Origin: Corallochytrium limacisporum Hawaii
Lineage: Eukaryota > Protista > Pluriformea
Direction of reading: 5' to 3'
DNA: 64,000 nucleotides
Assembly (NCBI GenBank): GCA_002811645.1
Contig: PDIP01000039.1
Location: 171,061-235,060, forward strand
Shown here: positions 21,207 to 31,200 of the stretch, one piece after another
How positions within the stretch are numbered: position 1 is the stretch's first letter
How the letters are laid out: each line of letters starts with the position of its first letter
The notes under the pieces: generated by a model
Seen by the model: only the letters and a program-made list of their open reading frames with translations
Databases searched by the model: none
What the model was told of the DNA's origin: nothing
Program-made: the position numbers and the translations under genes

Positions 21207-21925
21207 ATTCCCAGCATGCTGTGCTAAGATCTAAACTTCTCGACCCATGTAGTTTTGATAGCACCGCCGTGCGATGTAAGTCTCTCACATACTTAAAGCA
21301 AATTCTCCAGTCTACAGCAGAATCCTCTGTCTCGTATATAACAAGCCCGTTGCGGTTTTTTCATAACGAACGAAGAAGATCATACTGAAGGACCAGATCC
21401 TGTCCACCTATCGAAGGTCTTCAAGCGGCGCCGTCTGAAGGTTCGCCTCTTCCTCCTGGGCTTCGGCTCCAATTCGAAGAACGTGGAATCCCTCTCCCCA
21501 AGTACTGAAAGTACCGCGCGGCTCAGAAACCCGCCTTTTGCCTTTTACTACTCTGGGGTGCGCGCCGAGGGCTGTGGAGCCGCCGGTACAGGGTGGCCCC
21601 CCTCCCGGGGGGAGGGGGGATGGCATGCGGTGCACACCGTTCACACCGGCCGCGACGGAGCCATATATCGCGAGATTGGGTGGGTCACTAGCGCTGGGTG
21701 GTGTGTGCGCAATGTGGGAGGGGGGCAGGGCACGGTTGAAGGGATTTTGGAGCAGACTGCATTCCGCATGGTTCAATAGCGGTGTGCCACATTCAGGAAT
21801 CTTCACGGTATTTCAAGATGTGATTTTTCGTGTGTTTTCTGAAATCTCCGGTATCACACAGACAAATGTTTTAGTAGCGATCAGGAGACCAGCATGTTCA
21901 GGTAGACGACATGACACTACGGTGA

Positions 21926-24436
21926 ATGAGAATACTCGAAACCAAGATGGGCATGCATCCGCAGAAACAGAGAGCCCTAAATGGACGAAAGTTTGCCCAG
22001 AGGCAAACGCATGCGCATAGTGGGCATCAGAAGGGAAAGTCTACGAAATATCGCTTCAATGCCAAATCTGATGCTCTGGAACGGCCGGACATTACGCAGC
22101 AGGTCAGTGAGCCGGACTTTCTTGACCGCCAGGAGGACACGACCAAATTCTCACAGCTGCCACTTAGCTCACGGACACAGGCAGGCCTGCGGGATGCAGG
22201 ATATACAACTATGACTTCAGTACAGTGTAAAAGTGTGGGACGAGCATTGACGGGACGGAATGTGCTTGGAGCAGCCAAGACCGGTTCCGGCAAAACCTTG
22301 GCCTTTGTCATCCCCATGCTCGAGCGACTGTGGCACGAGAAATGGTCACGCCTCGATGGCCTCGGTGCTCTTATTGTGACCCCTACACGAGAACTTGCCT
22401 ATCAGATTTATGAGGTTTTGCGTACAGTCGGAAAGTACCATGAGTTTAGTGCGGCCCTTGTGATCGGTGGCAAGGATCTGAGGGAAGAAGAGAATCGTCT
22501 CAGGCAGACGAATATTCTTATCTGTACGCCAGGGCGATTGCTGCAACATTTGGACGAGACCGCTGCAGTTTCAACAGACAATCTACAGCTGTTCATTCTC
22601 GACGAGGCAGATATGATAATGAGCATGGGATTCCAAAAGACAATGGACGCCATCATTGACCACGTACCCAAAACTGTCCAGACCTTGCTTTTCTCTGCCA
22701 CGCAGACTAAGAGTGTCAATGACATGGTTAGATTGAGACTCAAAGATCCTGATTACGTTGCCGTGCACGAGAATGATGCTACAACCACTCCAGACAAACT
22801 GCTTCAGACTTATGTTGTGTGCGACGCGCCCATCAAGATGAACGTGCTGTTTTCCTTCCTGCGGACCCACACCAAAGCCAAGATCCTCATCTTTATGTCC
22901 AGCTGTAAGCAAGTTCGATATGTCTTTGAGGCTTTGAGGAAGCTGAGACCGGGGATTCCGCTAATGCATCTTCACGGCAAGCAGAAGCAAAACACTCGTG
23001 TAGCGATATACGACGAATTCACTCGCAAGAACCATGCAGCTTTGTTTGCAACAGATATTGCTGCCCGTGGCCTGGATTTCCCTGAAGTCCACTGGGTTGT
23101 GCAAATGGACTGTCCAGACAATGTTGAGACGTACATTCATCGCGTGGGTCGTACTGCTCGCTTCCACAAGGATGGTAGGGCATTGCTCATGCTCACATCG
23201 TCCGAAGAGGAGGCATTTGTAGAAGAATTGAACAAGAAGAAAATTCCCATCAATGAGATTGAAATCAATCCTACCAAGACACAAGATATCACCGACAAAT
23301 TGGCTGGACTGTGTTCCGCGGACCCAGAATTGAAATACCTGGCTCAAAAGGCTGTTGTGAGCTACACTCGTTCCATCTACCTCCAGAAACGCAAAGACAT
23401 TTTCAGTCTTGATGACCTCGACGTCGACGATCTAGCTCGCAGTTACGGCTTGCTGAACCCACCGAAGATTAAGTTTGCCAAGAAGGTCAAGAAGATTGTT
23501 GGGGATACAAGGGGCAATGTGAGTGCGACGAAGAGCAAGAAGATGTCCAATGAAGAAGCCATGCTGAAGCGGTTGGAGAAGACTGCGTTCGGAAGCGATG
23601 GAGAAGAGGAAGACGAACATGAGGATGAGGGTGTCAAAACGAAGGAGCTCAAGCGAAAGACCAAATTGGACAAGATGTTTGATCGCAAGAATAACACAAT
23701 CCTCTCTGGCGCCCGGCAGGCCATGCAGGATGAGATCTTGAAGTCTGGTATGAGTGCCTTCGACGCCGGCGCAGGTAATAGCGACGATGATGACGAAGAG
23801 GAGGATGTGTTAATGCCCAAGTCAGGCCGTCAGCAGCATCATGACTTTGATGATGATGACGACGATCTCCCTGTCCCAGACCGCAAGACTATCAAGTCCA
23901 AGACTGTTCTCGCACAAGCCAAAAAAGCTGCCCGCAAGGGTATCAAGATGAATACCAAGATCGTATTCGACGAAGACACGGGAGAAGTGAAGGAGGTGCA
24001 GGGTCCTGTTGCTGACGATGGTGATGCAAAGGGTCTTGATTTGCGCAAGGCAGCTGCGGAGATGCGTCTGCGCGATCAAGAAGATCGGCTTCGTGAACGT
24101 GAGCGTGTCAAGGAGAAACATCGTGAGAAACGTTTGAAAGAACGCAAGAAACGTAAGGAAGATGGCGGCGGCGAAGGTCCAATTGCGCGCCTTGCCAGTA
24201 TTGCCGATGAAAGCGATGAAGACGATGGTCCTCTGAGCGATGGTATCAACTATGATGATCTGAGCAGTGACGATGATGACGGCGCGGCTGTTTACGATCC
24301 CACCAAACATGGGAGCCCAAGGAAGAAGCGAGCGCGCAAGAGTGGAGATGACACGTCCGTTAAAAAGAGAGTCCGTGCTGCCGACGACGACCTGGCCACT
24401 GCTGAAGAAATGGCTCTGGCAATGCTCGAAGAATGA
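21926..24436 (+). CDS. DDX10: DEAD-box RNA helicase DBP4/DDX10
   Basis: GAAKTGSGKT, PTRELA, TPGRLLQH, DEAD, SAT, ARGLDF, YIHRVGRTAR; DBP4-type RKTKLDKMFDRKNNTIL; acidic tail. Start may be 21947. Confidence 0.95.
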   Translation: MRILETKMGMHPQKQRALNGRKFAQRQTHAHSGHQKGKSTKYRFNAKSDALERPDITQQVSEPDFLDRQEDTTKFSQLPLSSRTQAGLRDAGYTTMTSVQCKSVGRALTGRNVLGAAKTGSGKTLAFVIPMLERLWHEKWSRLDGLGALIVTPTRELAYQIYEVLRTVGKYHEFSAALVIGGKDLREEENRLRQTNILICTPGRLLQHLDETAAVSTDNLQLFILDEADMIMSMGFQKTMDAIIDHVPKTVQTLLFSATQTKSVNDMVRLRLKDPDYVAVHENDATTTPDKLLQTYVVCDAPIKMNVLFSFLRTHTKAKILIFMSSCKQVRYVFEALRKLRPGIPLMHLHGKQKQNTRVAIYDEFTRKNHAALFATDIAARGLDFPEVHWVVQMDCPDNVETYIHRVGRTARFHKDGRALLMLTSSEEEAFVEELNKKKIPINEIEINPTKTQDITDKLAGLCSADPELKYLAQKAVVSYTRSIYLQKRKDIFSLDDLDVDDLARSYGLLNPPKIKFAKKVKKIVGDTRGNVSATKSKKMSNEEAMLKRLEKTAFGSDGEEEDEHEDEGVKTKELKRKTKLDKMFDRKNNTILSGARQAMQDEILKSGMSAFDAGAGNSDDDDEEEDVLMPKSGRQQHHDFDDDDDDLPVPDRKTIKSKTVLAQAKKAARKGIKMNTKIVFDEDTGEVKEVQGPVADDGDAKGLDLRKAAAEMRLRDQEDRLRERERVKEKHREKRLKERKKRKEDGGGEGPIARLASIADESDEDDGPLSDGINYDDLSSDDDDGAAVYDPTKHGSPRKKRARKSGDDTSVKKRVRAADDDLATAEEMALAMLEE

Positions 24437-24515
24437 AGGTTTAAGCATGAACACGGTATCTCAACCGTGAAATATAGTTATCCTTGTATAGTAATCTCAT
24501 TAAGTGTGAGTGACC

Positions 24516-25538
24516 TTACTTCTTGTCCTCCTGCCACCATTGCAGCAGCTGAGGAGTGAAATAGGTAATAATCAAATCAACTCCAGCTCTTTGGAAGGAG
24601 ACCAAAGTTTCTTCAACGGTGGGGCGCAAAGCCAAGCCGCCCGCGTTGGCCGCGTGATGGATCATCATGAACTCTCCACTTACCTGGTACACTGCCAGAG
24701 GAAGCTCCGGGTGCCGCTCCTTCGCGTCGCGGCAAACGTCGAGGTACGGCATGCCGGGCTTCACCATGAGCATATCAGCTCCTTGTTCTGCATCACGGTC
24801 CAGAGCCCGCAGGGCCAGTCCACGTCCGCCAGGGGGCAGTTGGTAGCCACTGCGATCCCCTTTGCCGGGAGCGCTCTTGGCGGCGTCACGGAAGGGTCCG
24901 TAGAAGGCGGACGCAAACTTGGCAGCGTATGACAGCACCATACACTTACCATCCAAGCCGTTCGCAGCTAGGGCATCCTTAATGGCCAGAATACGCCCAT
25001 CCATCATATCACTGGGCGCCACCATGTGTGCACCGGCTTTGGCGTATGCAAGAGAGATTTCAGCCAGACGGTGGATGGAAGCCGGATTGTCGATGGAGCC
25101 ATCGAACTGGAAAATACCGCAGTGGCCATGGTCCGTGTATGCGCAAAGGCAGACATCACAGGAGATAAAAAGATCGGGGTACGCCTTCACAATGGCCTTG
25201 ATGGCAGGCACGACTAGTCCCTCGTTCTGTCCGGCTGATGATCCTGTAGCATCCTTGACGTTGTTCCCGGGCACCCCAAAGAGCATAATGGACTGCAGAC
25301 CATTCTCGACATGCGGCCTCAGGTACTCCACAATTTTGTTTACTCCTACACGGTATTGTCCCGTGAGACTCTTAATCTCCTCCATGCCATTAGAGTCGTC
25401 CGTAATAAAGATCGGCCACATGAGGTTGTGTGGATTCAATGTCTTGACCGAAGGTCCTTGCCACAGGCGACTCACTGGGGTCTGGTATCCACCGTGCAAC
25501 CGGTGAGGATGCTCGAGATCTTCTCCAAACCTAGACAT
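24516..25538 (-). CDS. ALAD: Delta-aminolevulinate dehydratase (porphobilinogen synthase), Zn-type
   Basis: CDVCLCAYTDHGHC, APSDMMDGR, SYAAKFASAFYGPFRDAA, MVKPG, YQVSGE. Confidence 0.97.
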   Translation of the reverse strand: MSRFGEDLEHPHRLHGGYQTPVSRLWQGPSVKTLNPHNLMWPIFITDDSNGMEEIKSLTGQYRVGVNKIVEYLRPHVENGLQSIMLFGVPGNNVKDATGSSAGQNEGLVVPAIKAIVKAYPDLFISCDVCLCAYTDHGHCGIFQFDGSIDNPASIHRLAEISLAYAKAGAHMVAPSDMMDGRILAIKDALAANGLDGKCMVLSYAAKFASAFYGPFRDAAKSAPGKGDRSGYQLPPGGRGLALRALDRDAEQGADMLMVKPGMPYLDVCRDAKERHPELPLAVYQVSGEFMMIHHAANAGGLALRPTVEETLVSFQRAGVDLIITYFTPQLLQWWQEDKK

Positions 25539-26123
25539 GGTGCTTCAAATCTTGATTCCCTTCTATGCTATCACTACAATTTTGCAAATTTGGTCACATG
25601 GGCGCTTCTCAGCGACACCAAATAGCTTTCCCCTCAGCCACCAAGCAAAACGAAACCACATCTCCGATCCGCACAGGTCGTGAGACCACCCGTCCTCCTC
25701 CCATTCCCGACTAGGCAGACCCGATTCTTCCCGGCCGTGTTCCCGTACATTCACTATGTAATACCCCAAACCTCCCTACACTCAGTACTGCAACAGTTCG
25801 TGGCTCCCGTCGTTCCACTGTGGACGACTCTCCTTGGCAAAAGACCGAAGGGAGGGAGGGAAAGGCCTGGGCCAGTATTTGGATGGGGATCGGGGCAGCT
25901 GCCCGTTTATTTGATATGCGGGGCGGGTGCTTCTCGGGGGCTGGAGACCCAACATGTACCATCGCTTCTACGCATGCAGAGAAGCACATTGAACGATCGG
26001 ACACCCAGAGTGACATGTCGAACTTCATCCATACTTTGAAATATACGTATGATCACATTGGTTTATTCAGGTTGTATTCAGATACATGATAACTGCGGCA
26101 ATAAGGGCCCGTACAATCCCAAT

Positions 26124-27695
26124 TTAGTTGCCGAGGCAATTAATGTCATCACTGCGCTTCTTCCAGGTGAAGTGGTGTAGCTTGGTAAATGGAATAGAAC
26201 GCTCCCACTCCTGTTCGGAAGGCAGGTCACCACCCCAGTCAATGTAGAACAACCCCGTGCTCACGTTATCCTCCATGATGTCCTTCCACTTGGGGTTCTC
26301 GAAGAATGCCTTGAACGTGTCACTAACGGGTAGGATCATCTCTTCAGCAACCCACTTCAACACCCGATTGGTAGGGCGATGGCGCACCAGGCCCAGCTGC
26401 CAGGCACGGGCCACAGCACTCAGTCCATGCTCTTTCTGGTCCTCCTTCAGATCTGCCAGCAGACTCTGGAAGGAACCTTCGGTGGTGGCGTCCATGAACT
26501 TGTAGCTGCGTGCGTACAATACGGCGTTGTGGTAGTACAGGGGCACGTTGACAAGAGCATCACGGTTTGAGTCCATGGCCAAGCGGGTGATCATTTTGTC
26601 CACGTGTTTGCCAATGCCCAAAGGAGGGTGTTCCTGCCCGGGAAATGGCTTGTACGGGAACTTGTCCCAGGAAATAGTAGGGTTCTGCATCCTCATCCAC
26701 TCAATCACGATGATATCAAGGTCCTGTCGAGCAACCAGCTCAGGAATCAGACGCTGACCCGGATTTCTTGAATTATGTTGGTGAAGAGTCTTGAAATTGC
26801 TGATACTGTACATCCGACGCAGGAAGATCTCCATGATCTCATACAGCTCCCGTTCCCCTTCGGGCTTGTCGTCATCCTCTTCCTTCCATACGTACAGCCA
26901 CATCTTGTGCACGAAGGTATCCTTCGTGTCCAGCTTTACTTTCCACTTCGGCGCAAAGCCCATGGTGGGGAGAATCGTGGTCAATCCATTTCTTTCCAAA
27001 ATGGTGTCGCAATCAGCTTCGGTATAGGTGCCAATGAACTTCTTAGCTCTCGGTGCCAGGAAATCTTCTCCCAGATCAAGATCCCATCCTGCAGGTTCAA
27101 CGCCAAAGATGTCCAGATGCTGTGTTGCTCGGAAAGCCGAGCGAATAGCTTCTGTTGCACGGAGGAAAGGGCTTGCGATGCGTGAGAGACCTGACCCGGA
27201 GATCGTCCGCTTGAAAGTGTTGTCCTCTTCAGGTAGATCCAGATGCTGGCTTTCGGTACCGGGAAGGGAAGTGGTGGAAGTGCGGCGCGCGAGCGGACGA
27301 AGCCCAGTATCAAGAGATCCCTGACGGGGTTCATCGGGCCGTGGCTTTGGAGCACCTGTCGAGCTCGGTTTCGTCTTGGCCGCCAGCGCCTCATCGAGAC
27401 CAGCATCCACATCATTCTCCTCTCCGTAGACAGGGACATGGAGCATAGGCCTGTTGTTATGATCCACGCTGCTTAAGATCATGTTGCCATCTTCCGTTTT
27501 CCCCGACGGCTCAGCACTGTTGCTGCGAGGCAACGTCTTCACCGACATGCTGCTTTGCTTCCTACTATCCTTTTCACTGCTCCCTTCTACGTCAGTCTTC
27601 GACTTAGAGCTCTCGTCTTCTTTCTTCGCGTCCTTGCGGACTGACAGGGCCACTGCAGGTAGGACGTCTATTTTGTTGCTCGACCGGAAACACAC
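26124..27695 (-). CDS. Uncharacterised protein: disordered N-half plus a conserved bacterial-like C-domain; start uncertain
   Basis: 523-codon ORF; motifs IEWMRMQNP, PFPGQEHPPLG, NVPLYYHNAVLY, EGSFQSLLADL. First in-frame ATG is at 27548; the track start is GTG. Confidence 0.8.
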   Translation of the reverse strand: MCFRSSNKIDVLPAVALSVRKDAKKEDESSKSKTDVEGSSEKDSRKQSSMSVKTLPRSNSAEPSGKTEDGNMILSSVDHNNRPMLHVPVYGEENDVDAGLDEALAAKTKPSSTGAPKPRPDEPRQGSLDTGLRPLARRTSTTSLPGTESQHLDLPEEDNTFKRTISGSGLSRIASPFLRATEAIRSAFRATQHLDIFGVEPAGWDLDLGEDFLAPRAKKFIGTYTEADCDTILERNGLTTILPTMGFAPKWKVKLDTKDTFVHKMWLYVWKEEDDDKPEGERELYEIMEIFLRRMYSISNFKTLHQHNSRNPGQRLIPELVARQDLDIIVIEWMRMQNPTISWDKFPYKPFPGQEHPPLGIGKHVDKMITRLAMDSNRDALVNVPLYYHNAVLYARSYKFMDATTEGSFQSLLADLKEDQKEHGLSAVARAWQLGLVRHRPTNRVLKWVAEEMILPVSDTFKAFFENPKWKDIMEDNVSTGLFYIDWGGDLPSEQEWERSIPFTKLHHFTWKKRSDDINCLGN

Positions 27696-30600
27696 GCTAA
27701 GAAGCCGCTAGAGGGGCACACTCTGTCTTGAAAATAATGAGCTGAATCAGTTCGCAGTGCGATTCGCTCAAAACTTAAGATAGCATGAAAGACAAAGATC
27801 TTATACCCGGCAAAAACGACACATTGAACCGAGAATCTCACGGTGTGTCAATGAGGCACACACACACACACATCGAACCCATCCACCTCCGCAAGCACAG
27901 CCACGCCCAAAGGCACTCAGAGGCCCACCGAATACGACTGTGCATAGGCAGTGATCCGTCCGTGTCCATCATGCCCTTCCGTTTCACATGATTTTTTGGC
28001 GGCTTTGGTTACAAACCCGCCCAGTTGGAATCGACGGCCCCTGTTCCTCCATTTTTCTCTCTAGGAGCAATTTCAATGGACCAAGTGTTCCACGAAAGAA
28101 AAAGCAAGAGATACTTTCAGGAAAGGGAAAGAAGTAAGGGATTTCGTATGATCCGCTTTCGAATGTATTCATTGATTCTCCAGCAAGGACAAACGGGATG
28201 TGAAAAAAAAAAAAAAGAAGAAGGAAAAACAGGAAACGGAATCGTTCCCCAATCATTTTGCCTTACTTTTTCTTCTATTCTTCTTTTGTCTCTTGGGCGT
28301 TGAATTTCTGTTGACTTTTAGGGGGAAGCAGGAGAGGGAGGGAAGGCGGTGGGGGTTTTTTGTTCCTTTTGCAGGCTGGCAGCGGGAGATAGGAGCAGAA
28401 TTATCAGGCTTCATTGGGTATCCCTAAACATTGCCTATGGTTGCCCTCCAGGTCGCCCTGGGCCCCGGGACCCGTGATCCATCTCGTCGCTCCGGGGATG
28501 GCAGTAGAAGTTGGTGGTAGATGGAACGAAGATGGAAGCGCATCGGCTCATCTCCACAATGATTTTTGTGCGCCAGCGCCTTTTTGAGACACGAGTTCCT
28601 TGACAGGTGAACGGGATGGTGTGGCTGCGAGTTGGTCACTCTGTGGAGGTTTTCTAGTAGACGGACAACTTGCACATCTCACTCGAACATGCGTGTTCCG
28701 CTCACTTTCTGGTTCCACCCCATCCCCGTACGGATCTCAGCATATTGATACGTGACATCCTGAGCATGCATCTACTGTGGCGGACTCATTCGTCCTTTGC
28801 AACCCCTGACGGGGCTGCCGAACGAAGTCACAAGACCGTCAGCAGAGGAATTCAAAGTTTGGCGCAGGTTTAACCCCCCCTGGCCGGTACGTGTCCACTC
28901 TCAGCTCGGCACATTTTAACCGTGTTTTGCTTTGTCTCTGCCCCGTTCTTGGGGGTTCGGGTACGTTTGCAGCCCGGCCGTGGGTCACTTACTCACACTT
29001 CGTACCCAGAAGCCCCAAAACAAAACCAAAAAAATAAGAAAACCAACAGAACAAACTTTGGAAAAGTTTTGCCTGGCGGGTGTTAGTGGTACTACGCTTC
29101 AGGATAATTGATCCTCGTCGTCTTGCTCCTTCCCATCAGGAAGAGCAAGGGGGGGGGGGGACATCAGGTGTCCATTCCCTCCTCCTCTCGATATCAACTC
29201 CCCGAGATTTGATTGCATGAGCTCTCAGTACTGAAGGCCTACGGAGGAAACCGAGACGGAAAGAAAAGAACCCTCCTCCGCGGGAGGGCACGAGCTCTTG
29301 CACCGACCGGCCTCCGGCTTGGCCGGTGGAATACTTGAAATCGTTCCCGCTTCCCCTCCTTCTCTAGCCTCCGCTTTTCTCAAGTGGGAATCGGAGAAGC
29401 AGGCTCACCCGCAAGGCTCGTGATTTTTCCGGCTCTACAATTCACAGGCATTCACGCCGGATTGAATTCACACCCGTGAGAAGGGAGCAGTACAGAGCCA
29501 GTTAGTGTATTGTTGAAAGGTGTAAGTGCACGCACGCTCATGCCTTTGCTAGAATATACAGGGAAACACCTAATAAAAATGTGTGACGTCAGCTTGGGGG
29601 GGGGGGGCATTCTTGGACTCACGTTGAAAACTTAAAATAGTCATGTGCACACTATCGCATAGTCAGTGTGTCACTACCGTACGGTGGATGGAAACAGGGT
29701 GTCCTCCTCCCCGGTTCTGGGTCTCTCAGGAGATCACACAGTTGTCTGTGCTTGTTGGAGTTGATGTGGGAAGTCGCTAGCTCTCTGCGTGTATGAGCAG
29801 GAGCCGTGTGCCAGAGGGGGAGTAGCCCACCATTCCTGTGCGATTCATCAGTGCGTAGCTTTCTGCCACGGCAACCCGACGCCGATCCCAACTCTCTCGA
29901 CCAGGGGAAGCCTGCGGGGTATTGCCTGTGATCTCGCCCTCTCGTCTCATTCCGGGCAAGTCCATCGACGCTGCAATGCCTTCCTCGCTTCGATTGATGG
30001 ATCCTCAAAAGCATGGGTGATTTGATGTTACATGACGAAGGATGACATCGTCATCGCAACCTCTCGTCTCCCGCGTTGCATTAGATTGTTCCAGTACCTT
30101 GAAATGAAAATGCCACGGATGATACAAATAAGGTATGTATGCCCAACATGCAAGATTGTCAGTGGGAATTGTTCACGCTGATGATACTTAGCTCAACCTT
30201 GGATGATATTCTTGAGAGGATGATGTGAACACGGTCAGGGAACAATGTGGCAGACAATGATGTGATGTTTGGAGGAATCATGTGAAGTGTATCCTCCATG
30301 TAAAATGACCACTGGCAGAGACACCTGTCCTTGTTCATACAGTGCACCACTCTCTTGCGCCATCATCTTCATTGTCACCATGAAAGCCCTTTGATGTTCA
30401 TAGAACCCCGATTGAAGTGCTAAGTGGTTTGAGCTGGCCCCCGTAAACCGAGCTCTATCGAATCAAAACCTCCAACCAATTTTGTATTAGCTCGCAGGAC
30501 TTTGTATTTATAGATTGGATTAGAATAAGTATATATATATTAATGGAGAAAAATAGTGATTGATTATAAAAATTCTATTGATTGTATTGTTGATTTTGTC

Positions 30601-31200
30601 CCAGTAGTCCCACGTACCCTCCGAAGCTCCCCGGTGCCTTCTCTTGGTCGGCAAGGCGCTCGACCCGCCACGGCGGGGTGGGTGGGGGCTTCAAATGGAA
30701 AAAATTTACGGCGATCGATCATTTTGGGTGGTGATGTAGTGAATGTACTGTGTTCTGGGCCGTTCAGTGAGCACGGACTGGTTGCGATGGGGGAGGGGGG
30801 GGCAAAGAGATCGCTGCGGTTCAAGATCTGTAAGTGACTAAGGGGGAAAAGGTTGCGCACGGGCTTCTAGATACACAGTACGTGTGTGCCACTATTTCTG
30901 TGTGTTCCGTATAGTTGCCCGTTCTGGTTCAGCATGGACTGGAGTGAGTATGGTGAATTTTCAAGTGTGGTGGAGATCTTAGTGAGGGTGTCGCGGGTCA
31001 CCCATCTAAATGTGTGCTCTACCGTAGCAGATGATGGTATTTCGTGCTCTAAGTTCCTGAAGCCCCCCTAACCTGAGATCAAGGAATGTGAAACGAGAAC
31101 AATTACGAACACAATAGTAATCAAGAGCATGTTTCGGTAGACAATACCTGACGCATGACGGTGGTCACCAGTTTAAAGAATTGAATCACATTAATCAGCA

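Noticed and set aside
21540-21550. GCCTTTTACTA resembling U5 snRNA loop I
   Set aside because: No flanking stem or Sm site.
28422-28430. CCCTAAAC as a telomerase RNA template
   Set aside because: Only 8 nt, expected by chance, with no supporting structure.
30185-30285. LDDILERMM*..FGGI fragment reminiscent of a PIF1/Helitron helicase
   Set aside because: No DE(I/V)SM, GDxxQLPPV or P-loop motif nearby; too weak to call.
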